Source: an uncultured Chlorobiaceae bacterium (GTDB lineage: Bacteria > Bacteroidota > Ignavibacteria > UBA10030 > SZUA-254). Taken from it: DNA of 64,000 nt. Under the pieces are notes generated by a model. It was not told the origin of the DNA. It ran no database searches and was given only the letters and a program-made list of their open reading frames with translations. The stretch lies in NCBI GenBank assembly GCA_964484465.1, contig CAZAFL010000016.1:4072-68071 (forward strand). Reading direction: 5' to 3'. Below are positions 26,952-35,859 of this stretch, piece by piece; position 1 is the stretch's first letter, and each line of letters opens with the position of its first letter. The position numbers and the translations under genes are program-made.

Positions 26952-28388
26952 TTATTTCGTCGTCTCCGACCAAAACTTCATCAGTAAATTTTTTGCCGCG
27001 ACTTTTCGCATCTCCGCTCCTGCACGGGCATCAGAAATCGGTGTGAAATCACTATCAATCAACGGCATTGCTTCCTCGATAACCGATCGTTCCCACATCT
27101 TGCCAATCAAAAACTGCTCTGCTGATGAAGCACGCCTCGTTCGCTCAGCCATCCCTCCATACGCGAGCATAATGTCTTTTACTGCTGAACCACCATTCAA
27201 CTCTAACCTGAACCCGGCAGAGACGGTAGAGATATCCAGGTCTTTTCGTTTCGAAACTTTATACGATTTTACTTTCACACCATTTACCAGTTTTGGAATA
27301 ATAACGGCAACGATGAGCTCGTCAGGACTTCTCACCGTCTTTCGGTAACCGACCACATAATCATTTAACGGAACCTCTCTTGAACCATTGCTGTTTTGAA
27401 GGACAACCTTCGCATTGTATGCCATCAACACCGGCAAGGTATCGCCGATTGGTGAGGCAGTTCCGAGATTACCTCCCAATGTTGCAAGGTTTCGGATTTG
27501 TTGGGAACCGAAAACCATCAACATATCATGCAACGCGGGAAAATGAGATCGAGCCTTTAGCATGATTTCGGATAAGGAGGCTCCTGCACCAATTTTCACC
27601 GACCCACTGTCTTCAGAAATTTTCTTGAGGTCGTCAACACCCGAAAGGTCAATGATATGTTCAAGAATTTCATGTTTCTTTGTCACCTTCAACGCTATAT
27701 CTGTCGCACCACAAATAATTACGGCATCAGGATTTTTTTGTAGAAGCGCCAGAGCTTCTTTTGCGCTTTCCGGTCGAACGTACTGCTGTGTATGAGTCTG
27801 CAAGTGTTTCGATTCTCCTGGAATCGATTTGAGAAGTTCAATTATTCTACCCTCATCCTTCGAAAACGAATCTACCGACTGATGAGTGCAGGACGTTGCC
27901 GCCGCCTCGACGATCGGGCGATAGCCAGTACAACGGCACAAATTTCCCGTAAGGGCATCATCGATCTGATCTCGGGAAGGGTGATGGGAATTCTTGTAGA
28001 GAGAAAACAGGGACATGATAAATCCCGGCGTGCAGTACCCGCATTGACTCCCGTCAGTTTCCACCATTGCTTCCTGTACCGGATGAAGTGCAGTTTCACC
28101 GGAAGCTAAATTCTCCACTGTTATCAGCTGCTTACCTTGAAGCATCGGAAGAAATACGAGGCAGGAATCCATACTTTTGTAATGAAGCTTCGAGTCAGGA
28201 CCGAGTTCACCCAATACAACCGTACAGGCTCCGCAATCTCCTTCCGCACAACCTTCCTTCACTCCTTTATGCGTCGGCAAACTGCGAAGGTAGTTTAACA
28301 CTGTTGTCGTCGGGGAAACAGCGCCGGAACGGCTGAAATCAATCGTCCTGATTTCACCATCCAATATAAATGAAATCCCTGATTGCAT
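26952..28388 (-). CDS. xdhA: Xanthine dehydrogenase [2Fe-2S]/FAD-binding subunit (XdhA-type)
   Basis: 'CAEGDCGACTV', 'CGYCTPG', 'CRCTGYRPI' 2Fe-2S motifs, then a CO-dehydrogenase flavoprotein FAD domain ('IICGATDIALKV'). 478 aa. Confidence 0.85.
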   Translation of the reverse strand: MQSGISFILDGEIRTIDFSRSGAVSPTTTVLNYLRSLPTHKGVKEGCAEGDCGACTVVLGELGPDSKLHYKSMDSCLVFLPMLQGKQLITVENLASGETALHPVQEAMVETDGSQCGYCTPGFIMSLFSLYKNSHHPSRDQIDDALTGNLCRCTGYRPIVEAAATSCTHQSVDSFSKDEGRIIELLKSIPGESKHLQTHTQQYVRPESAKEALALLQKNPDAVIICGATDIALKVTKKHEILEHIIDLSGVDDLKKISEDSGSVKIGAGASLSEIMLKARSHFPALHDMLMVFGSQQIRNLATLGGNLGTASPIGDTLPVLMAYNAKVVLQNSNGSREVPLNDYVVGYRKTVRSPDELIVAVIIPKLVNGVKVKSYKVSKRKDLDISTVSAGFRLELNGGSAVKDIMLAYGGMAERTRRASSAEQFLIGKMWERSVIEEAMPLIDSDFTPISDARAGAEMRKVAAKNLLMKFWSETTK

Positions 28389-28471
28389 CTATAGTTATTT
28401 TTTCTCGATTATCACAGTTCGACAAAAATTCTACTCAAATCTAACCAAACAGTGGGCAAACATCAAATAAC

Positions 28472-31400
28472 TCAATACTCAACCTGCGGAAGATTTGATT
28501 TGAGCAACTCTCCATTCAGAGCTTTTATCTCTTTATTCTTCAGCGAGTCAATGAAACCAAAAACATCTTCGAGCGCCTGCGTTTCATCCTTAACCGACCG
28601 GACGGCCTGAGGAGTCGGTGGTGTATCAGAATTCTGAAAAAGGGTCATTAAATAGACAAGTTTTGTTTGAAGACCAGTAAGGTTTTCAAGCTGTCGGGGA
28701 GTACCTTCAACCGTAAAGTACATGGCATCGATATCCCGTGCTTCATCTCCGCCTTCAATAAATACCAATTTTTTCTGAATACTTATTATGGAATCCCTTA
28801 ACGCGCCATTTTGAACTTTATCCGCCAGGATTTTAACCTGTTTTTTTAATTGATGGATTTGCTCGATGGACGGGTGAATTTTTTCCAACCCATTATAGCA
28901 AACCATCGACATATTGAATTGCTGTTGAAGTCCTTCGGCTGACAGTTTGACCCGCGGATCCATTTTGACTGTTATTGATTGTGAGGAGTTTGTACCGTCA
29001 ACAGTCAATTTCAAGGTATAATTACCGGGCAACAACCATGGACCGGGTGGGATGCTCGCAGTGTTGCGGTATACCGCAGAGATAGGATATGAACGGGGAA
29101 TACCTTCCGGCGGTGCATAGTGTAAATCCCAGACAAAGCGCCGCATCCCTGATTTGGCCGACAACATCTGCGAAGGGCGAATCCAGTATGTCGGGAGGCT
29201 TAACTCCTTTTCATGTACATCTTCCGGTTTATCCGAACTTGAAAACCGACGGACAAGGTTATTGGCGTTATCAAAAATCTCAAGAGAAACTTCTCCGGCA
29301 TCTTTTTGCAGGTAATAATTGATGATTGCACCGTCAGGCGGGTTTTGACCCGACGGTTCCTCCGGTGGAAGAGGTGTGTCGGTATTATTATTCCATCGAA
29401 CCCTGTATGCTGTCTGGGGCTTGAACAGGAAAGCCTTAGTTTGTTTTACGTTCTCATCGATCTGCCGCAACGGTGTAATATCACCCAAAATCCAGAATGA
29501 CCGTCCGTGTGTCCCGACGACGATATCGTCATCGTGAATAACAAGGTCACGTATGGACGTTGCCGGCATGTTTAACCGGAGCGATTGCCAATCATCGCCA
29601 TCATTAAACGATACGTATACCGCTCGCTCTGTTCCCGCAAAGAGCAAGCCCTTTCTCACCGGATCTTCCCTCACAACGTTGACAGGACCGATTTCCGGCA
29701 TTCCATTAATTATCTCGCTCCAGCTTTTTCCCCCATCGTGTGTTCGATAGATATGCGGGTGCATATCATCGAGCCGAATTCTGTTCACTGCGACGTATGC
29801 AGTTTTTGCGTCAAAGCGTCCGGCGTCAATTTGCGCAATTTTACTCCATGAAGTAATGCCCTTCGGCGTGACATTCTCCCAATGTTTCCCTTCATCAATC
29901 GTGATATGCACAAGCCCGTCATCGGTACCAGCCCAAATAACATTTCCATCGACATAGGATGGTGACACGGCGTAAATCACTCCGCGGCGAGCCATGTGCG
30001 ACATTTCTTCCGAACGAAAAATTCCGATGTTCTCAGGAATTTCCGGTTTCTCGCGGGAGAGGTCAGGACTGATGATATCCCATGTATTTCCTTCGTTAGT
30101 CGTTTTGAATAACACATTGGATGCAAAGTAGAGAGTATGAGGGTCCGTCCGGGAGAAGAGAACAGGCATCGTTCGCAGGAAACGATATTTTCCAGACCGG
30201 ATCGCTTCGGGCGCAATATTCTGGACCTGCCCTGTCGAGCGGTCGAATCTGGTAATCCTTCCACCATAAATGATATTTGGATTTAGCGGGTCTGGTGCGA
30301 CATACGCATATTCATCAACTCCCATCGGGTGCCAATCACGAAATGTAATCTCGCCATCATTGCCGCGGCTTGCAATTCCGACAGAACCGCTTTCCTGCTG
30401 ACCGCTATACACATAGTATGGGAATTGATTATCTGTGATGACGTGATACAATTGTGCGGTTGGTTGATTGTACCAAGAGCTCCACGTTTGCCCCCCGTTT
30501 ACTGTAATAACGGCGCCCTGGTCGCTTGCCAGTAAAATGATATCCGGATTATCAGGGTTTATCCAGAAGGTGTGATAGTCATCCCCGCCGGGGGCTCCTT
30601 TGAAAGCAGTAAATGTATTTCCGCCATCGGTAGAACGGTACGAGCAGGTATTCGCAATGTAGACGATATCCTTGTTCTTAGGGTCAACTTTTATCTCTGC
30701 GAAATCGCTTCCTCTTCCCCACAAGCGCGGCTGATCATTAATGCGCTGCCAGGTTTCGCCTGCATCATCCGACCTGTAAACTCCGCCGAGGGTTGTAGCA
30801 TCAACCATTGCATACATTCGCTGAGGACTGTTCGGCGCAATCCCGATTCCTATCCGACCTAACCCCTGGTCTGCTGTCGGCAACCCCTTTGAAAGTTGCC
30901 TCCACGTATCGCCGCCGTCGTTCGATACATATAGTCCGCTCGTTTTACCCTGCCACGAGCCGTTCTCCCACGGTCCTTGTCTCGATGACCATAAATCTGC
31001 ATAGATTGTTTTTGAATTTGTCGGGTCAAATGCGAGAGCTATTGCTCCCGTATTCACATCCTTATACAAAATTTTTTCCCACGTTTCTCCGCCGTCTTTC
31101 GAACGAAAGACTCCACGTTCTTCGTTCGCACCATACGGATGTCCCAAAACAGCAACGTACAATCGACGGGCGTCATGAGGATCAACAATAATCGCCCCAA
31201 TTTGCTGCGCATCTGAAAGACCGAGATGTCGCCACGTTGTACCTCCGTCAGTTGACTTAAACATTCCGTCGCCAGTGGAGAGGTCAGGTCGCTGGAGCCC
31301 TTCCCCGCTTCCGACATAAATAATATTTGGATCGGAGAGTGCCACTGCAAGCGCACCGACCGAGCCGGTAGGCTGGTTATCAAACACCGGAATCCAGGTA

Positions 31401-31657
31401 CGGCCATAGTCATTCGTTTTCCAGACTCCGCCGTTATTTACACCAATATAGAAGACGTTGGGTTGTCCGGGAACACCTGTTGCACCGACAGTTCTGCCTC
31501 CGCGATAGGGTCCGATCATCCGCCACTTCATCTCCTGGTAGAATGATGGATTATATTGTCCGGAAGCCATCGCGGATAATTCGAAAATTATCGAAGTTAA
31601 GATGAACATGGATCGAAAGAGAGGCATGGCAAATTCCACTGATATGCTAGTTTTCAT
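28472..31657 (-). CDS. Secreted BNR/Asp-box repeat protein (sortilin/VPS10- or xyloglucanase-like double beta-propeller), 1061 aa
   Basis: Signal peptide. More than ten 'S/T-x-D-x-G-x-T-W' Asp-box repeats (e.g. STDGGTTW, SKDGGETW, SNDGGDTW, SDDAGETW, STDGGNTF). Confidence 0.7.
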   Translation of the reverse strand: MKTSISVEFAMPLFRSMFILTSIIFELSAMASGQYNPSFYQEMKWRMIGPYRGGRTVGATGVPGQPNVFYIGVNNGGVWKTNDYGRTWIPVFDNQPTGSVGALAVALSDPNIIYVGSGEGLQRPDLSTGDGMFKSTDGGTTWRHLGLSDAQQIGAIIVDPHDARRLYVAVLGHPYGANEERGVFRSKDGGETWEKILYKDVNTGAIALAFDPTNSKTIYADLWSSRQGPWENGSWQGKTSGLYVSNDGGDTWRQLSKGLPTADQGLGRIGIGIAPNSPQRMYAMVDATTLGGVYRSDDAGETWQRINDQPRLWGRGSDFAEIKVDPKNKDIVYIANTCSYRSTDGGNTFTAFKGAPGGDDYHTFWINPDNPDIILLASDQGAVITVNGGQTWSSWYNQPTAQLYHVITDNQFPYYVYSGQQESGSVGIASRGNDGEITFRDWHPMGVDEYAYVAPDPLNPNIIYGGRITRFDRSTGQVQNIAPEAIRSGKYRFLRTMPVLFSRTDPHTLYFASNVLFKTTNEGNTWDIISPDLSREKPEIPENIGIFRSEEMSHMARRGVIYAVSPSYVDGNVIWAGTDDGLVHITIDEGKHWENVTPKGITSWSKIAQIDAGRFDAKTAYVAVNRIRLDDMHPHIYRTHDGGKSWSEIINGMPEIGPVNVVREDPVRKGLLFAGTERAVYVSFNDGDDWQSLRLNMPATSIRDLVIHDDDIVVGTHGRSFWILGDITPLRQIDENVKQTKAFLFKPQTAYRVRWNNNTDTPLPPEEPSGQNPPDGAIINYYLQKDAGEVSLEIFDNANNLVRRFSSSDKPEDVHEKELSLPTYWIRPSQMLSAKSGMRRFVWDLHYAPPEGIPRSYPISAVYRNTASIPPGPWLLPGNYTLKLTVDGTNSSQSITVKMDPRVKLSAEGLQQQFNMSMVCYNGLEKIHPSIEQIHQLKKQVKILADKVQNGALRDSIISIQKKLVFIEGGDEARDIDAMYFTVEGTPRQLENLTGLQTKLVYLMTLFQNSDTPPTPQAVRSVKDETQALEDVFGFIDSLKNKEIKALNGELLKSNLPQVEY

Positions 31658-32037
31658 TTAATGTAAAGAGGTGAAAAGAAAATACGAAAGCATCTCGCGA
31701 TAGTCAAACCATCGTATCCAAAAATATATACGAATCTATGGATTGCCCTCGTAAGACAAAAATCCTTTAATTTACAGCAATTTTTAAGCCGTTTAATTTG
31801 ACATTCGTTTTCATCATTTTTATATTTTGTGCCATGAAAATCACCTTCAATAATTCCTACCATCATTCCAATCATTGTTCATCCTTTTTGTCGTGAGATA
31901 TGAATTCATATCTGCGTCTTCATTGAAATGGCAGTGCCATGCTTTGCGCATTGTAGCCTATCCGTTTCAACACAATATATGTACAAATTTTTCCAGGTAT
32001 TGTGAGAATGTTATTTGAATAATGAAAGGGTCGTAAC

Positions 32038-32418
32038 ATGGGTTCGGAGAAATTTCTTCTCATCATTGTCACTGTCATTTTCATCGGGATAGCAATTGCT
32101 GTTGGGTATTTCCTTTTCGGTGCAAACGCCGTTGCGTCAAATAAAGATGGACTCGTCGGCGGTATCAATAATTTGGGATTGAATGCAATGTCGTACCGGA
32201 TTCGGGGACGGCAAATGGGCGGGGGTGAAGGATCGTATGCCGGCTATAACATCCCGCAAAAATTTTTAAAAACTGATGATGGGACGTTTGTGGCAGAAGT
32301 TCACCCTCAATCGATTACCTTCACCGGTACATCAAAACAGGGATATGGAACAATTCAGGCAATACTCGACAGCAGTGGCGTTTTGCACAGTTTTTCATAT
32401 ACCGGTGAATTTCAATAG
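32038..32418 (+). CDS. Small membrane-anchored hypothetical protein
   Basis: One N-terminal TM helix (LLIIVTVIFIGIAIAVGYFLF). AT-rich flanking intergenic DNA. No recognisable family. Confidence 0.4.
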   Translation: MGSEKFLLIIVTVIFIGIAIAVGYFLFGANAVASNKDGLVGGINNLGLNAMSYRIRGRQMGGGEGSYAGYNIPQKFLKTDDGTFVAEVHPQSITFTGTSKQGYGTIQAILDSSGVLHSFSYTGEFQ

Positions 32419-32654
32419 TATGCGATAGACGGAATTGACGTTTTCCTCTTAACGGTTGACGGCCTTCCGGGACATTTCCGAATAACATGACCTGAATAGC
32501 TGTACCTTGCTGTTACACGCCATAACACTTGCATTTCTCACTGTTATATCTTTGCCCCTCCTCAAATGTATCAATGTATTTAACCTTGGCATTATTGCTA
32601 CGTAAGAGGTTTAAGAATAGTTTAAGGATATTTCTAAACTAGCATGAAAGATAA

Positions 32655-33068
32655 TTGAATATGTTGAAGAAACTCTTGTGGTTTCACAAATGCATAAACT
32701 ACTACTTTTATCGATGGCAAGTATTCGTGGGTAGTCCCATCCCCGAAGAGGGCGCTGTTTTTATGTCTGCAGCGTGGATATGTATTAATATTTTCAACTT
32801 AAACTTGGTCGTAAAACTCTTTTGGAATATTTATTTTATTCCAAACAAGCCAAGCCGGCTTGCAATCGTCCTGATTCTCCTTGCCATATTGGGATTAAAC
32901 TATTTTGTCACAAAGGCAGGAAATAAGTTTGAGGAGATCAAAAAAGAATTTGCTATTCAAGACTTGCGTAAGATAAAACGCGAGAAAACACTGACTCTTG
33001 TGTACTTCCTTTTGTCGCCAGCGGTTTTTTTCCTGTTAGCTACACTAGCGCATAACTCGGTTCCTTGA
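32655..33068 (+). CDS. Hypothetical integral membrane protein (3-4 TM)
   Basis: Hydrophobicity pattern only. Confidence 0.4.
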   Translation: MNMLKKLLWFHKCINYYFYRWQVFVGSPIPEEGAVFMSAAWICINIFNLNLVVKLFWNIYFIPNKPSRLAIVLILLAILGLNYFVTKAGNKFEEIKKEFAIQDLRKIKREKTLTLVYFLLSPAVFFLLATLAHNSVP

Positions 33069-33144
33069 TTTTACAATTAATTGTACGTTAATTAGGTACA
33101 TTCGTCGTGTGAGTGATATCAAATCACAACTTGAATACCCCTGA

Positions 33145-34533
33145 ATGAAAAGCAGCGCTAATAATTTCCCCACTGAAGTTGGAGTTATACTCTTCCGATC
33201 CATTCTCCTGATTATTACAACGGGATGGTGTTTTCATGTTCACGCTCAACAGGTTACACTTGAATCATCGACGATGCATGACCAAAATATTTTCGATATC
33301 TACGCCAATACACCCGACCAAATTACGCAATTCCAAATCGATGCATCAAAGGACTGGGATCTTGATGCCACGACCCTCAGTTTATCATACAACGGGTCGG
33401 CTTTACTATTTAACGACCTCCCTTCCAGAAACTACCACGTCCATGTTCTCTCGTTAAATTCTGCCTTTCAGTTTTATAACGATGAAGCAGATGAACCGCA
33501 AGAACATGATCAGGATTCCTCCGATGTTGATAAAGATTCTTCAGACGTCAACCAGGATTCATCCGTAACCCCAATAAAACAAATTCAGAGTACACCGGTG
33601 GTTCCGCCCGTTCATGTTGACAGCCTCGACCGTTTTTTATATGTTGCAATTCTCGGGGCGGGGCAATTTGATAAACAAGACTTTCAACTCTACGATAATT
33701 CCAAAGTTGAAGGGATATTAACGTACCGTTATCCTCTGGGTACACTAATGAGTCTTCGGCCTTCATACGGATTGTCGTACCATTACTATCCGAGCCTTCC
33801 CGGACTAATTAATGTTGAAAATATTTTTTCAGGCGCTGTTACATCGACGGGTCCTGAACGCATGTGGGTTGATTTCTATGCACACTATGGCATTAAAAGC
33901 TATACAACTTCTACCACCTATACATATACGGTTGGACCTCCTGTATTAGCCGGTCATGGCAAGCCGGGAGCGGGAGGGGGTGGAAAAAGGAAGAAGACGT
34001 ATGTTCTGAACACACCATCGGTGCGTCAATTCCTGGTATCCTTGAACATCGAGCGACAATTACTTCCTGATACGCGCCTTGCAGGGCAATATCTGTATTT
34101 TGCCACCCCTTCCTCCGAAGCACGCATTTTGCCGCAGCAGATAAGTAACGCGATTGAGCAACAGGGCTCCATCGGGGAGTTCACCTCGGAAAACGAGATC
34201 TTCGACGATCATTATGCATACTCCGGCAACGCATTCATACTGCAGGTACAACAGGCTCTCCCGTTTTCCTTCACCCTCACCGTCAAAGGAGTGTACCAGA
34301 AAAAAACGTACACCCTTCCCGCAATGGACCTTGCCGATTCAGTTGTCATTGCGTCCAACAGACTCGATGAACGATTTGAAAACGAAATCAGCCTGACGAC
34401 ATCAATTCAGCTTTCAGAGGGCAAGATTCTCAAACCCAAGGCCATTTTCCATTATATCAGGAATAAATCGAATGCACCGTATTACGACTTCGATAAGAAT
34501 AGTTTTTTAGTAGGAGTTGATTTTAGTTTCTAA
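33145..34533 (+). CDS. Hypothetical outer-membrane beta-barrel-like protein (possible exopolysaccharide export porin)
   Basis: Signal peptide, an acidic Ser/Asp-rich linker, beta-rich alternating hydrophobic pattern, and a C-terminal 'VGVDFSF' (terminal Phe typical of OMPs). Convergent with the PgaC-like gene. Confidence 0.45.
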   Translation: MKSSANNFPTEVGVILFRSILLIITTGWCFHVHAQQVTLESSTMHDQNIFDIYANTPDQITQFQIDASKDWDLDATTLSLSYNGSALLFNDLPSRNYHVHVLSLNSAFQFYNDEADEPQEHDQDSSDVDKDSSDVNQDSSVTPIKQIQSTPVVPPVHVDSLDRFLYVAILGAGQFDKQDFQLYDNSKVEGILTYRYPLGTLMSLRPSYGLSYHYYPSLPGLINVENIFSGAVTSTGPERMWVDFYAHYGIKSYTTSTTYTYTVGPPVLAGHGKPGAGGGGKRKKTYVLNTPSVRQFLVSLNIERQLLPDTRLAGQYLYFATPSSEARILPQQISNAIEQQGSIGEFTSENEIFDDHYAYSGNAFILQVQQALPFSFTLTVKGVYQKKTYTLPAMDLADSVVIASNRLDERFENEISLTTSIQLSEGKILKPKAIFHYIRNKSNAPYYDFDKNSFLVGVDFSF

Positions 34534-34545
34534 TCAACTTCTAAC

Positions 34546-35859
34546 TCAGGAATAGTCTTTTCTTATATTTCGCAGTGTTTCGGAAGACAGCGGTTCAACG
34601 TCAAACCGGATGGTTTTTTCCCACGTATGTCTCTCCTTCTTGATAATATCAAGGTACACCGCTTTTCCGACAATATAAATCCAGAACTGACAGTAGGTAA
34701 AATACATAAGGAATGTCAGGACAATATTTGACATATTGTCCTCCCTGTCGTACGATAATGCAAGGAGAATTTCAAGCATAAATAAAAAGAGCGCGAGAAT
34801 CCAGACTGCAGTGTAAGGCCCCGGCAGCGTGATAATAACAACATTAAATATTCCCAGAAGAAAAAGGATATCCGAACTGACGATGGCGATGAGAAAAATA
34901 TAGTATAACGACAGGAGGTACAACAACTCAAATGCAAGAAATTTATTCTTGAATGCCGGTATTTCTTTCAGGAATTTCGTCCCGACATAATTATTTCCCC
35001 GCACCCATCGAGTCCGCTGTTTTATCCACACTTTCCATGATTCTGGTTCCTGTTCATATGTCACCGCATAAGGGATATATTTGATCCTGAAGCCTTCCAT
35101 GTAAATCCGAATGCTGAGCTCAGAATCTTCTGTAATTGCCCTGTCATCCCATCCACCGAGTTTCAGCAACAAGCTTCGTCGGACAACGAAATTTGTGCCG
35201 GGGAGCGTTGCGACTTTGAACATCTTCCATCGTCCAGCCTGAAGCATCGACTGGAAGCTCAATGTTTCAATATTGATGAACCTCGTCAGGAAATTCCGTG
35301 ATTTGTTGACCGTTCGGAATTTTCCCAGAACCGCACCGAGAGAGGTATCGAGGAGAAGCTGCGCAACAAGGTATTTGAGCGATGAAGGTTCGGGGGTATT
35401 ATCCGCATCATAGATCGCAATGATTTCCGATTCGGTTTGCTGAAGCCCGAGATTCAGCGCTCTCGATTTCCCTTTTCCTGACTCGTTCCCGGGAACAACA
35501 TACAGTTTTACCCTCGGGTCCCGACGTGCAAAGCTCTCGATAATGGAACGTGTTGCATCGGTTGAACCATCATCGATAATGATCATGTCGAGATGATGTG
35601 AAGGGTAATCCAGATTCAGCATCGACTGAAGCGTCCGCGCCATCACCTTCTCTTCATTCCGGGCGGGGATAAGAATTGTCACATTGGGAAAATCAAACTG
35701 TTGTTCATCGACGGCCGCCTGTTCTTTTCGTGATGCCCGGTAGTGAAAAAATCCGGCGAGGGTAAGTATAAGCTGATAGGCAATCATAAACCATATCAGA
35801 ATTACGGCGAGAAGAAAAAAAATCCCGAGTCCAATGTCGACCAGCGAGTGTTCCGGCAT
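34546..35859 (-). CDS. Family-2 processive glycosyltransferase, PgaC/IcaA-like (poly-beta-1,6-GlcNAc-synthase-like)
   Basis: 'DDGSTD', 'YDAD', 'QRTRWVRG' (QxxRW) motifs. TM helices flank the catalytic domain. 437 aa. Confidence 0.75.
   Translation of the reverse strand: MPEHSLVDIGLGIFFLLAVILIWFMIAYQLILTLAGFFHYRASRKEQAAVDEQQFDFPNVTILIPARNEEKVMARTLQSMLNLDYPSHHLDMIIIDDGSTDATRSIIESFARRDPRVKLYVVPGNESGKGKSRALNLGLQQTESEIIAIYDADNTPEPSSLKYLVAQLLLDTSLGAVLGKFRTVNKSRNFLTRFINIETLSFQSMLQAGRWKMFKVATLPGTNFVVRRSLLLKLGGWDDRAITEDSELSIRIYMEGFRIKYIPYAVTYEQEPESWKVWIKQRTRWVRGNNYVGTKFLKEIPAFKNKFLAFELLYLLSLYYIFLIAIVSSDILFLLGIFNVVIITLPGPYTAVWILALFLFMLEILLALSYDREDNMSNIVLTFLMYFTYCQFWIYIVGKAVYLDIIKKERHTWEKTIRFDVEPLSSETLRNIRKDYS

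Noticed and set aside
28389-28471. Sigma-54 promoter upstream of xdhA
   Set aside because: No GG-N10-GC / TGGCAC-N5-TTGCA match in the 83-bp gap. The operon promoter probably lies further upstream (before the BNR gene) or is not a sigma-54 type.
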